Shown here piece after piece: positions 55,538 through 64,000 of a DNA stretch of 64,000 nt (the stretch's first letter is position 1; every line of letters starts with the position of its first letter). The DNA lies in the IMG/VR virus record IMGVR_UViG_3300037258_000301, positions 32,001 through 96,000 of that record. The stretch is one strand, 5' to 3'. The notes beneath the pieces were generated by a model. That model had not been told where the DNA came from. It worked only from the letters and a program-made list of their open reading frames with translations, and ran no database searches. The stretch is from a virus. The translations under genes were made by a program, and so were the position numbers.

Positions 55538-56848
55538 ATGACGACTCCCGCGAGTGGCAGCTCCTCGGTGACGGCGCCGATCCTCCTCGACTCCGATCAG
55601 TCCTCCATCTTCAACGGTCTGCTCACTACCGCATCAACCGACCTCATGACTCTCCAGCTGGAGAGCACTGCGGTCGAGGCGGCCAGTCCTACGCTCATCA
55701 CCACCACCAATCCTCTGCTGCCGGATCGGCTCATCACTTCTCGCTTGTCCCACATGGACCCCGACATCTACGACCTGTCCCCGAGCAGCCACTTGATGAA
55801 GCTACTCAAGGTCTTGATGGGCAACGCGGGTGCCGGAGCGCTGCGCAGGCAGTTCACCCAGAGCCGCATGGCCAACTCCTTCAGCGGCATGCACTTCTTG
55901 GACCTGGATCACTTCTACGGCGCGCTGTTCGGGATCCAACGCACCAATGTTGAGCTTCAGATCGATACCGGCTTCAACCCTTACGTTGATGCCACCGACG
56001 GCGCCACCTGGGACGACATCCACTCTCGGGATGCCTCCTACCGTGACCGCATCCAGAAGTTCGCCAACGCGATCTACCTGGGTGGCTCATACGCGGGCTT
56101 GCGAGCAATGGTGTCGGCGCTCACCGAGGCTGACTGTGAGATCTACGAGAGCTGGGAGTGGATTGACGAACAGGACGCGGGAATCGGTGTCCTGCCTCTC
56201 CAGAACTACACCTACACCTTCCTCCAGACCAACTTGACCTATGGAGCGATGCAGCCTCAAACCTGGGGTTTCTGGGGTGGTGGCAGCAGCAATATCTTCT
56301 CTGGTCGTACCGGACAGAAGAATCGCTCCGAGATCATCATTCAGCCACATCGCATCCTGACCGCCGATGAGACCTACGAGATCGTTCGGGTCATCGACGT
56401 CTTCAAGCCGGCCGGCACCAACTTCACGATCAACTCCAGCGGGATCGGAATCCAGACACCATTGGAGATCCGGGATGTCGCAGCAAGCAGTGAGTATTGG
56501 GACATCACCGTCAGCCTCATCCCCAACCCCGATCTTGCGCTAAGCCCTTATCCGGCGCAAACCTCACCGTGTGTACGACCGGCATTCTCCCAGTACCAAG
56601 GGGGCAGCTGGAATTACAACGCTGACCTGTCCACAGTGAGCAGTTACACGATGGAAAATGGCGTAGTGACGGGATCGCCTGACGACGAGACGATAGTTTT
56701 CACCGATGGCACCTCTCGGGTCTACGGCTCCAGCAACGCGGTGATGACGGCCGCACAGGCAGCTTCGGCCGAACTCGTCTCCGACGGTGTCCTCTCAGCA
56801 AGCCCCTATGCCCCGGCCCGATCGGTTGCGGGAGTGAGCGCTTCATGA
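55538..56848 (+). CDS. Baseplate wedge protein (gpI-like)
   Basis: LD.FYG...R, D.SYR.RI, KPAGT motifs. Confidence 0.7.
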   Translation: MTTPASGSSSVTAPILLDSDQSSIFNGLLTTASTDLMTLQLESTAVEAASPTLITTTNPLLPDRLITSRLSHMDPDIYDLSPSSHLMKLLKVLMGNAGAGALRRQFTQSRMANSFSGMHFLDLDHFYGALFGIQRTNVELQIDTGFNPYVDATDGATWDDIHSRDASYRDRIQKFANAIYLGGSYAGLRAMVSALTEADCEIYESWEWIDEQDAGIGVLPLQNYTYTFLQTNLTYGAMQPQTWGFWGGGSSNIFSGRTGQKNRSEIIIQPHRILTADETYEIVRVIDVFKPAGTNFTINSSGIGIQTPLEIRDVAASSEYWDITVSLIPNPDLALSPYPAQTSPCVRPAFSQYQGGSWNYNADLSTVSSYTMENGVVTGSPDDETIVFTDGTSRVYGSSNAVMTAAQAASAELVSDGVLSASPYAPARSVAGVSAS

Positions 56849-59800
56849 CAAGCCCGAGTACGCTGCCTACGCCCTGGACCGGCTCTGTGCCGCTGAGCAG
56901 CCTTCTCCAGGCCATCAGCGTTGAGCCCAGGCTTGCGCTATCCAATCAGCAGGCAGACGACCCTCAGCGCTTCTGGGCCACCAACAACCGGCCTGCCACC
57001 TCCCAGGTCACCGAAGTCCTCCAGATCACTCTGGGGGTGCAGCGGCTCATCAACCATATCGTCTTCGACGTCAGTCACTTCCCCTGTGACGTCCAGGTTG
57101 AATACTGCGATCCAGAAACCAACATCTGGTTGCCGTGTCTGGATGCCCAAGCCATCGGGCCCACCCCCATCACCGCCGGCCTACGCGACTCCATCCCCTC
57201 GGTGCTACCGCCCATCAGCTCCATCGGCGGACACCTCCACCCGCAACACTCCTTCTCCGGTCACTGGCAGCATCTCGAACTGGCCATTCAGCCCGTCTTC
57301 ACGGCCAACATCAGGCTCCTGCTGATCCGGAACTCCACGGGACAACCCCCCACCGACAACTTCCAGAACCCCGTCGACTACTCGCTTGCGGTACGCCGCC
57401 TGAACCTGCAATACGTCGTGACGTCACTGTTGGACGTCCCCTCCACTCCCGGAGCGTTTGCCTCCACCACCGACCTATTCGGCTCGCCGGTCAGCTACAG
57501 CCTGCGCGTCAATGCGGCAGAAAATGTTCTTCGCAACACCAGCGCGACCGGCGGGACGCAAAGCGGTCAGCAGCTGATCTGGAAGTGCGAACCACAGCCA
57601 GTGCCATGGGCCGTCATCAACTTCTACCTCGATGTACGAAACATCGAGGGCGATGCACAGGTGATTGATCGCGTCTACGTGGACCCGCTCTACACAGGTC
57701 CTGCCATGAATCTCTACTACTCCGTCGACGATCCGAACGGAGTCTTCGTTCCCGGATTCGACCCGCTGCCTGATGGCGTCATCCAGGTCAACGACACCGA
57801 TGCCATCGGTGGCAACATTCTCTACTCCGGACTCGCCGGTGTCGGTGACATCGCTTTCGTCGACATCAACAACGTCGCCGTTGGATACGACCCGACTCAC
57901 TCTTGGTGGTTCGGCGGCCTCATCAATGCCAAGTATCGACACGACGGCACTGAAACGATCGACCATCCGATCATCGACACTGGCGATTGGCAATGCTGTC
58001 TGACCCCCTTCGGGTTCCTCTTCTCTACTTCGGGTGGCGACTACCTGTCGCTGCCGATCGCCAACTTCGATCCCGCTACGCCAGTGAACTTCCTGTTGTC
58101 TTATGACAGTTCCACGAACACCGTTACGGTGTGGATCCAGGTAGGTCCCACTTCCTACACCGGATCGGTGACGCTCACGACTATCCCGGTGGCGGTCACC
58201 AACATCCGGGTGGGCGGATTCCAGACGGAATACCCGGGTACGTCCGACATAGACTTCACCGAACTGCTGCTCAAGGTGGACGACGTTCCCGACACGGCGA
58301 CAGTCCTTGCCTTCCTCGCCAATCCAGACCCCTACGTCCTCAATGATACCTATCTGGGTAGCCAAGATCCTCGCGTGAACAACGCACTATTGCGTTATCA
58401 CATCGAGTTCTTCGACGGGATCAACAACCCGGCCGGCTTCATCGGTGGCCCACCCGACCGATACGCCGACCTGTCTTGGACGCCGATCACTCGGGACTAC
58501 ACCCTACAAAAAGGCTTCTGCAACTTCCTGCCGACGGCGGCCAAGTACATCAAGATGGAGTTCTCCGGTCTCGTCCCGGAAGCCTACGAACTCTACGAAC
58601 CGATCCAACGCACGGTGTTGACCTACCCCACGGCGTTGGGGGGCACTGGCGGCAACTCTCCGGCTCCGGTCGACCAACAACGTCCTGGCACCACCGCGAG
58701 CTGGAAAGTCAACCTGATGCTGTCCGCCAATCAGTACACCGGCGGTGTCAATCCCATCATTGGTACGGGCGGACTGCCAGGCAAGAACTACACGGCGACG
58801 ACCGCTCGGGCCATCACCAATCTCGAACAGCAGGCCCAGCTCGCCCTGAACAACTGGACCTGGCGCTTCTTGCCCAGTTCGTCTCCCACGGTGATGCCGT
58901 CCTTCTCCACGACCGGACCGCACAACTACGAAGAGGTCGACATCACGCCGACCACCAAGGTCGGCTACTTCGTGGGCCTGAAGTCGGTGGGTGCTTACCG
59001 GCTGGATTATTCGACCACGGCCGACACCGATCAGTACATCGACCTGTTTTATGACACCTCGAACTTGGCTCCAGCAACGAACTTCCTGCTTCCCCAACCC
59101 CATGCACTCACCTCCGGCGCCGCAGATTACGCCGAAGCTCAGTCGGTGGTGTTCAACTCTCAACGTGTGGTCTCGGCCATCCAGTTCGCCACCACTCAGT
59201 CCGATCCAACCCAGCTGCTACCCGACGACGGCTTCGACGATCCGACTCACACCTCATGGAACGTGGTGGGGGACGCGTCTTTCGCGCCCGGAGTGGAAGT
59301 CAACCAGATCGTTGGTTCGACCCTCCAGATCAGTCGTAACGCAACTGGAGTCACCTGGTCACAATTGACGTCCACCTATCAGACCTATCAGGAGATCATT
59401 AACCTCTCCACCATCACGTACTCGTCCATCATGCAGGGATTCTCGGTTCCGATGGACTCCGGCGGGGTGTCGAGCGGAGTGATCACATCGCCCCCGGGTG
59501 GTCGTGTGTACGCGGCCGGTCGGGTCGTGGCCGGCACAAACCTTTCTTCTCCGCTCTACGTTCAGATCGTTGACAACGATACGGGTGCCCTCCTGTCCGA
59601 AGAGGCCGTTACGGTACCGGCCAATTCGGTCGTTGAGTGGTACACCGGTTACCACATCGGAGATGGTGTCGATCCGCGTCCGATGCTGTGGAGTGACTTC
59701 TCGACACCCATCACCGCGCTTCCGATGCAGGACAACTTCACTCGTCCCAATGCCACCGTGCTCGGGGCGATGAACACCACCCAGGTCTGGGCCTACGATC

Positions 59801-62097
59801 TGGACAACAACGGGCTGCCGCTGTCCCTTCATATCGTTTCCGACAACGCCGAAGTCACGCTCCAGGGGCAAAAGAACTACGTCAACACCGGAAGTTTGTG
59901 GGGGTCCGTCGAGTTCAGCGTCCCCAACGCGATCAGTAACACCGCCGTCACCGGACCGAACATTTTGGCCAACGGAACCTTCGAGAACGCGACTATCGCC
60001 CCCTGGTCCGTCTCCGGCGGCACTCTATCGGCGTCGGCCTCTGGTACCGCGCATACCGGCTCCTACTCGCTGAAGGTGACGCCTGGTGGGGGAGCGAACG
60101 TCAGCATCGCTGCCGAGCAGTACATCAGCGTCACCGTGGGCGCGTCCTACTCCCTGGGTATGTGGAGCTGGTTTACCAACGCCGTCACGAGCAGCCACTT
60201 CGTCATCGGCATTTTCTGGTTCGACGCCAACCACAACGCGTTGACCAATCCCACCACGTCACTGAATGCCTCCGCTACGACGTGGACCAACAGCACCCTG
60301 ACGGCGGTTGCTCCGTCAGGAGCCGCTTACGCATCCGTCGGCGCCTCTCTTATCGGCACTCCGCCCACATCCGACATCTGGTACCTCGATGACGTCACGT
60401 TCACCACCAACGCCGAGGCGTACCTGATCAAGCTCGGTCCGACCGCGATGGACATGGCGGGCGAGCTGATGATGACTTCCGGTGCCGCTTTCGAGGCCCC
60501 CAACGCCTCGGTGCTCGTTCCCGGCGGCTCCGGTACCCAGTCGGTGGTCGGGGGCGATGACATCCGCATCGACTCGATGCCGACCATCCTGGTGCCGAGT
60601 GCTCAACGGGATGTCACTCAAGCCAGCGTTGATCCAGTAGCCACGCCGTACTCCCTGGTGATCTACCGCAACGGTAGTTGGGTTCGTACCGTCTCCCACG
60701 ACCGAGGCGCCCAGCCACTCGTCGGCATCAAGGGCAACCAGGGCCAGGAGTGGGCCAGTTATGCCTACACCCCCCTGAAATACGGTTCACCCCCCACCGA
60801 GACCATCTCTGGCATCCCCAGCGGCACCAATGGCGGTTGGGCCGCCGGCCAGAGCGGCAACTCTCTCTGGGTCACCAAGAGCGACCAGGACTGGCTCGCC
60901 ACCGGCACCTGGAACACCTCCGCAGCGCCTCGGCTTCCCGGTCGGGATGACTGCGGCTACCCCCTGATCGCCACCAGCAACGAATCAACCTTCGTCACCG
61001 ACGTCGAGTCCTATTACGGGGCGATGACCACCCACGTATCCACGCTGGCCGGTGCCGCCACCGGTACCAGCCCGCACGGCAATGTCCTGGTGCTCGACTA
61101 CGACCACGACATGTACATCGACGTCAACGGCAACATTCTGGTCAACGGCACCAGCTACGGGAACCTGTTTCCCGGCGGTATCCCTACTGGCAAGTCCATC
61201 ACGGTGCAGTGGGCCCAAACCTCCCGGCTGTCTTCGGCCACGCTGGGCGGTATCAGTCCGGCCCAGTTCCCTGACATGCTCATCGGCAAGGTGGCCGGCG
61301 TCATCGTCGGCCGCTTCGCCCACGGCAATCTCTCCATCTGGCGAGGCACTAAACGCGGAGTTGCTGGAGATGCCTACGCCGGCACGCCACCGAGTTGGTA
61401 CGGCCCCATCCAATCCGGCACCTGTTTCCGGGCCTGGGTGTGGGCGCCGGACGCCTCCAACATCGCACTCGACCCGACCATGCCGACCTGGAATACCGTC
61501 ACCCAAGACGGCTCGCTGACCTATGACCAGGTGGAGGGAGAGCAGCAGCTCACCTTCCCCAACCTGCGGGCCCAGTTGGTGCAGTACGGACCCTCACAGG
61601 ACGTGTGGGAGGTCGACGCGCTCTCGATGTTCGTCGATCCGATCGTCTGGAACTTCTCCACTGACGGCGGCTACACCTTCTACCCGGCCTATGAGATCCG
61701 CAACAACCCGCAGGGCGTCCTGGCCTTCCCGACCTCCATCGACGTCACGGAGCTGGGCCAGCTACCCGGCACGGGCCTGGTGTGGAGAGTTGTCAGTTAC
61801 GCTCCTGATTCGGTGATTTCCTCACTGGTGATTCGCCCGTGGTACGCGGGCCTGCTCTCCGGTAACAGTCAGCGGGTAGGGCTGGCCACCCAAGGTCCCA
61901 ATGTGATGCCCTACGATCATTTTGGCGACATCAATGCCGACGCTTCATTCCAGTTGTGGGACAAGCCCATTCCTCGCGAATGGTTCTTCGCGTATCGACC
62001 TTTGGCGACCACGACGACTTTGGGCACAGCGACGGGAGGGACCTTCCCCAGCAGTACGACCTACCCCGGACCCAGCCTCTACCCCGGTAACAGCTAG
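56845..62097 (+). CDS. Large minor tail/baseplate protein with lectin-like and CBM-like domains
   Basis: 1750 aa, beta-rich; NILANGTFE...W...AHTGSYSLKV...WYLDDV (CBM4/9-like). Confidence 0.7.
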   Translation: MTSPSTLPTPWTGSVPLSSLLQAISVEPRLALSNQQADDPQRFWATNNRPATSQVTEVLQITLGVQRLINHIVFDVSHFPCDVQVEYCDPETNIWLPCLDAQAIGPTPITAGLRDSIPSVLPPISSIGGHLHPQHSFSGHWQHLELAIQPVFTANIRLLLIRNSTGQPPTDNFQNPVDYSLAVRRLNLQYVVTSLLDVPSTPGAFASTTDLFGSPVSYSLRVNAAENVLRNTSATGGTQSGQQLIWKCEPQPVPWAVINFYLDVRNIEGDAQVIDRVYVDPLYTGPAMNLYYSVDDPNGVFVPGFDPLPDGVIQVNDTDAIGGNILYSGLAGVGDIAFVDINNVAVGYDPTHSWWFGGLINAKYRHDGTETIDHPIIDTGDWQCCLTPFGFLFSTSGGDYLSLPIANFDPATPVNFLLSYDSSTNTVTVWIQVGPTSYTGSVTLTTIPVAVTNIRVGGFQTEYPGTSDIDFTELLLKVDDVPDTATVLAFLANPDPYVLNDTYLGSQDPRVNNALLRYHIEFFDGINNPAGFIGGPPDRYADLSWTPITRDYTLQKGFCNFLPTAAKYIKMEFSGLVPEAYELYEPIQRTVLTYPTALGGTGGNSPAPVDQQRPGTTASWKVNLMLSANQYTGGVNPIIGTGGLPGKNYTATTARAITNLEQQAQLALNNWTWRFLPSSSPTVMPSFSTTGPHNYEEVDITPTTKVGYFVGLKSVGAYRLDYSTTADTDQYIDLFYDTSNLAPATNFLLPQPHALTSGAADYAEAQSVVFNSQRVVSAIQFATTQSDPTQLLPDDGFDDPTHTSWNVVGDASFAPGVEVNQIVGSTLQISRNATGVTWSQLTSTYQTYQEIINLSTITYSSIMQGFSVPMDSGGVSSGVITSPPGGRVYAAGRVVAGTNLSSPLYVQIVDNDTGALLSEEAVTVPANSVVEWYTGYHIGDGVDPRPMLWSDFSTPITALPMQDNFTRPNATVLGAMNTTQVWAYDLDNNGLPLSLHIVSDNAEVTLQGQKNYVNTGSLWGSVEFSVPNAISNTAVTGPNILANGTFENATIAPWSVSGGTLSASASGTAHTGSYSLKVTPGGGANVSIAAEQYISVTVGASYSLGMWSWFTNAVTSSHFVIGIFWFDANHNALTNPTTSLNASATTWTNSTLTAVAPSGAAYASVGASLIGTPPTSDIWYLDDVTFTTNAEAYLIKLGPTAMDMAGELMMTSGAAFEAPNASVLVPGGSGTQSVVGGDDIRIDSMPTILVPSAQRDVTQASVDPVATPYSLVIYRNGSWVRTVSHDRGAQPLVGIKGNQGQEWASYAYTPLKYGSPPTETISGIPSGTNGGWAAGQSGNSLWVTKSDQDWLATGTWNTSAAPRLPGRDDCGYPLIATSNESTFVTDVESYYGAMTTHVSTLAGAATGTSPHGNVLVLDYDHDMYIDVNGNILVNGTSYGNLFPGGIPTGKSITVQWAQTSRLSSATLGGISPAQFPDMLIGKVAGVIVGRFAHGNLSIWRGTKRGVAGDAYAGTPPSWYGPIQSGTCFRAWVWAPDASNIALDPTMPTWNTVTQDGSLTYDQVEGEQQLTFPNLRAQLVQYGPSQDVWEVDALSMFVDPIVWNFSTDGGYTFYPAYEIRNNPQGVLAFPTSIDVTELGQLPGTGLVWRVVSYAPDSVISSLVIRPWYAGLLSGNSQRVGLATQGPNVMPYDHFGDINADASFQLWDKPIPREWFFAYRPLATTTTLGTATGGTFPSSTTYPGPSLYPGNS

Positions 62098-62196
62098 CCA
62101 TACCGGCGAGAAGGCTTTGCTCCTCCTCAGCGGCACATGCAATAATGCACATGTGCCGGATTTTGTGGTGTCTACCCATCGGGAGATCTCACCATC

Positions 62197-62520
62197 GTGA
62201 GGAAGGAGAGGCCCGTGTTGGAACAGGCCGTCTCTTCCGCTTTGTATCGACTCACCCTCCTGGAAAAGGCCCTTCACTCCACCGAATCGTGGTCCCTGTC
62301 CGTCGGTGCCGAGCGGGTACCGGCCACCCGCATCGTCACCGATGACGGCGTGACCTTTCGGGCCACGCTCTCCTCGCTGTGCGCGGCCGACCTGCCGATC
62401 GTGTCGTTGTGGTGCGGTGACGAACTCAGCGGCACTCGGGCACTCCCCTACGCGGATCACGGCGACGGCCTGGATGTCGAGTGGGGCATCAGCATGGGGA
62501 AAGGCGCGGTAGCGGCATGA
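62197..62520 (+). CDS. Hypothetical protein
   Basis: RBS present; ATGA overlap with helicase; start could be 62215. Confidence 0.55.
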   Translation: MRKERPVLEQAVSSALYRLTLLEKALHSTESWSLSVGAERVPATRIVTDDGVTFRATLSSLCAADLPIVSLWCGDELSGTRALPYADHGDGLDVEWGISMGKGAVAA

Positions 62521-64000
62521 CAACTCTGGAGCAAGCCCCGCCCACGACGGCGGGGCTTTTCCATACTCCCTGGTCGGGACTCCTCGACTTCCAGGCTGAA
62601 GGGGTCGCCCAGTGCTTCTACGGCACCGACCCCGAGAGCGGCGCCGACGGTGGCATGTTCTTGCTATTCGACACCGGCTGCCTCTATGGTGACGCCGAGA
62701 TCATGGTCAATCGAGGTGGGAAGGGGTTCCGGGTAGCGATCCGAGACGTTGTTCGCAAGTTCAACGGCGGCAAGACGCATGGCCCAAAGTGGGATCTGTC
62801 CATCCCCACCTTCGTCACACGAGAAGTTGATGGCGTTGTACGCCTGGGCCGTCTCACGGGCGCCTGGGAGAGCGGCGTCAAAATCACCTACACCGTCACT
62901 ACTGACACGGGTCGGACTATCCGTGCTACCGACGAACACCCCTTCCTGACCGAGCGCGGGTGGCTCCGTCTGGACCAACTCGTCGTGGGTGATGAAGTGC
63001 ATGTCCGAGGCTCTCAAGCAACCGGACACGCACGGAAGCCCAAGCCGCGTTATCGATCAACAGCTGGGCTTGTCCATCACCCTTACGCGACCCACCGCAG
63101 GGCGAAAAACAGTCCTTATCGCGTGGTAGAGCACCGCCTGGTGGCTGAGGCTGCGATGAATCACCTCGCCTATGAGAGGTACGTCGAGCGGCTCCGAATT
63201 GGACAAATTGACGGCCTGTGCTTCCTTGATCCTGACATTTACGCCGTACACCATATTGATCACAATCATCTCAACAACGAGCTGGTCAACCTCAAGATCA
63301 TGACACACTCGGAGCATCAAGCGCTCCATGCTGACGAGGGCAAGACCAACAGCGTCCTATACAAGATCGTGACGGAAAAGATCACTTCTGTGGAGCTCTT
63401 CGGAGAAGAGTCCACTTACGACCTTGCTGTTGAGGATGATCCACACAACTTCCTGGCCAACGGCTTCGTCGTACACAACACCGGTAAGACCGTCTGCTCG
63501 ATCGCGCTGGCCTGTCTCCTCATTGAGGACCAGAAGATCGACCGGGTCATTGTGGCCTGCGAGAAGAGCAAGCTCACCGACTGGGTGAGCGACTTTCAGA
63601 GCTTCTCCGAGTTGAGCGTCCGGAAGTACCACGGATCCAGTCGCAAGACGATGCTGACCAAGCACGACCCCCTGGTGGTGGTCAGCACCTACGAGACGTT
63701 GCGGGCCGACCTGATGGCCTTCCAGAAGAACCCCGGCAAGCGCGGTCGAGGTTCCCGCGTCGACGGGCCGCTGATGGACGATCTGGGGCTGCGATCCAGT
63801 CGCACCCTCTGGATCTTCGATGAGGTCACGAAGCTGAAGGGCCGTGGCAGCCAGATCCATCGGGCGTTCGACTACGCGCTGGGGCAGGCCCGCAAGCACA
63901 CCCATCAGCGCGTGATCGGTCTGACCGCGACGCCGGTCGAGCGGGACTTCGAGGACTTCTACAACCTCGGCCGCCTTGTCGTACCCAGCCGGATGCCTAC
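62517..64000 (+). CDS. SNF2-like SF2 helicase, intein-interrupted, truncated by window end (absent from ORF track)
   Basis: Manual translation: LLDFQAEG (Q motif), FDTG|TGKT (Walker A), STYETLR, IFDE (Walker B), GLTATP (motif III). Confidence 0.88.
   Translation, partial: MTTLEQAPPTTAGLFHTPWSGLLDFQAEGVAQCFYGTDPESGADGGMFLLFDTGCLYGDAEIMVNRGGKGFRVAIRDVVRKFNGGKTHGPKWDLSIPTFVTREVDGVVRLGRLTGAWESGVKITYTVTTDTGRTIRATDEHPFLTERGWLRLDQLVVGDEVHVRGSQATGHARKPKPRYRSTAGLVHHPYATHRRAKNSPYRVVEHRLVAEAAMNHLAYERYVERLRIGQIDGLCFLDPDIYAVHHIDHNHLNNELVNLKIMTHSEHQALHADEGKTNSVLYKIVTEKITSVELFGEESTYDLAVEDDPHNFLANGFVVHNTGKTVCSIALACLLIEDQKIDRVIVACEKSKLTDWVSDFQSFSELSVRKYHGSSRKTMLTKHDPLVVVSTYETLRADLMAFQKNPGKRGRGSRVDGPLMDDLGLRSSRTLWIFDEVTKLKGRGSQIHRAFDYALGQARKHTHQRVIGLTATPVERDFEDFYNLGRLVVPSRMP
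62533..62560 (+). terminator. Terminator-like hairpin inside the helicase 5' end
   Basis: aagccccgcc/ggcggggctt 10-bp stem followed by tt. Confidence 0.6.
62679..63479 (+). mobile_element. Intein (267 aa) with HNH endonuclease in helicase Walker A
   Basis: Starts CLYGD; block B T.EHPFLT..GW; VHHIDHNHLNN...NL...H HNH; ends TYDL.V...HNFLANGFVVHN then Thr+1. Confidence 0.93.

Noticed and set aside
1-64000. CRISPR array, rRNA, integrase, terminase
   Set aside because: No regularly spaced repeats or diagnostic motifs recognised.

Overview
High-GC phage DNA carrying the virion morphogenesis region of a large contractile-tailed (myovirus) actinobacteriophage. From memory, the portal, protease, capsid and baseplate genes resemble the Bxz1/Myrna (cluster C)/Rhodococcus E3 type; no search was run. 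Gene order: a glycosylation cluster (epimerase, 2 glycosyltransferases, 2 methyltransferases), GH25 endolysin, small ORFs, an atypical tRNA-like RNA, a long block of multi-domain head-associated polyproteins around the portal and prohead protease, scaffold, decoration protein, major capsid, neck genes interrupted by an inverted HNH/GH16/tailspike cassette, sheath, tube, frameshifted chaperone, tape measure, baseplate, and an intein-containing SNF2-like helicase that runs off the end. No terminase was recognised. Top observation: a complete HNH endonuclease gene with its own apparent leaderless promoter lies antisense and codon-in-register inside the prohead protease polyprotein ORF. The + frame stays open and the antisense-derived peptide is bracketed by R-T-A motifs. 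The same [K/R/H]-x-[A/G/S] motif separates domains throughout the head polyproteins and is inferred to be the prohead protease cleavage site. This suggests a homing endonuclease tolerated by proteolytic excision rather than by splicing. Other highlights are the polyvalent effector polyproteins, the 140-nt tRNA-like RNA and a bipartite late-promoter motif found at about 9 sites.
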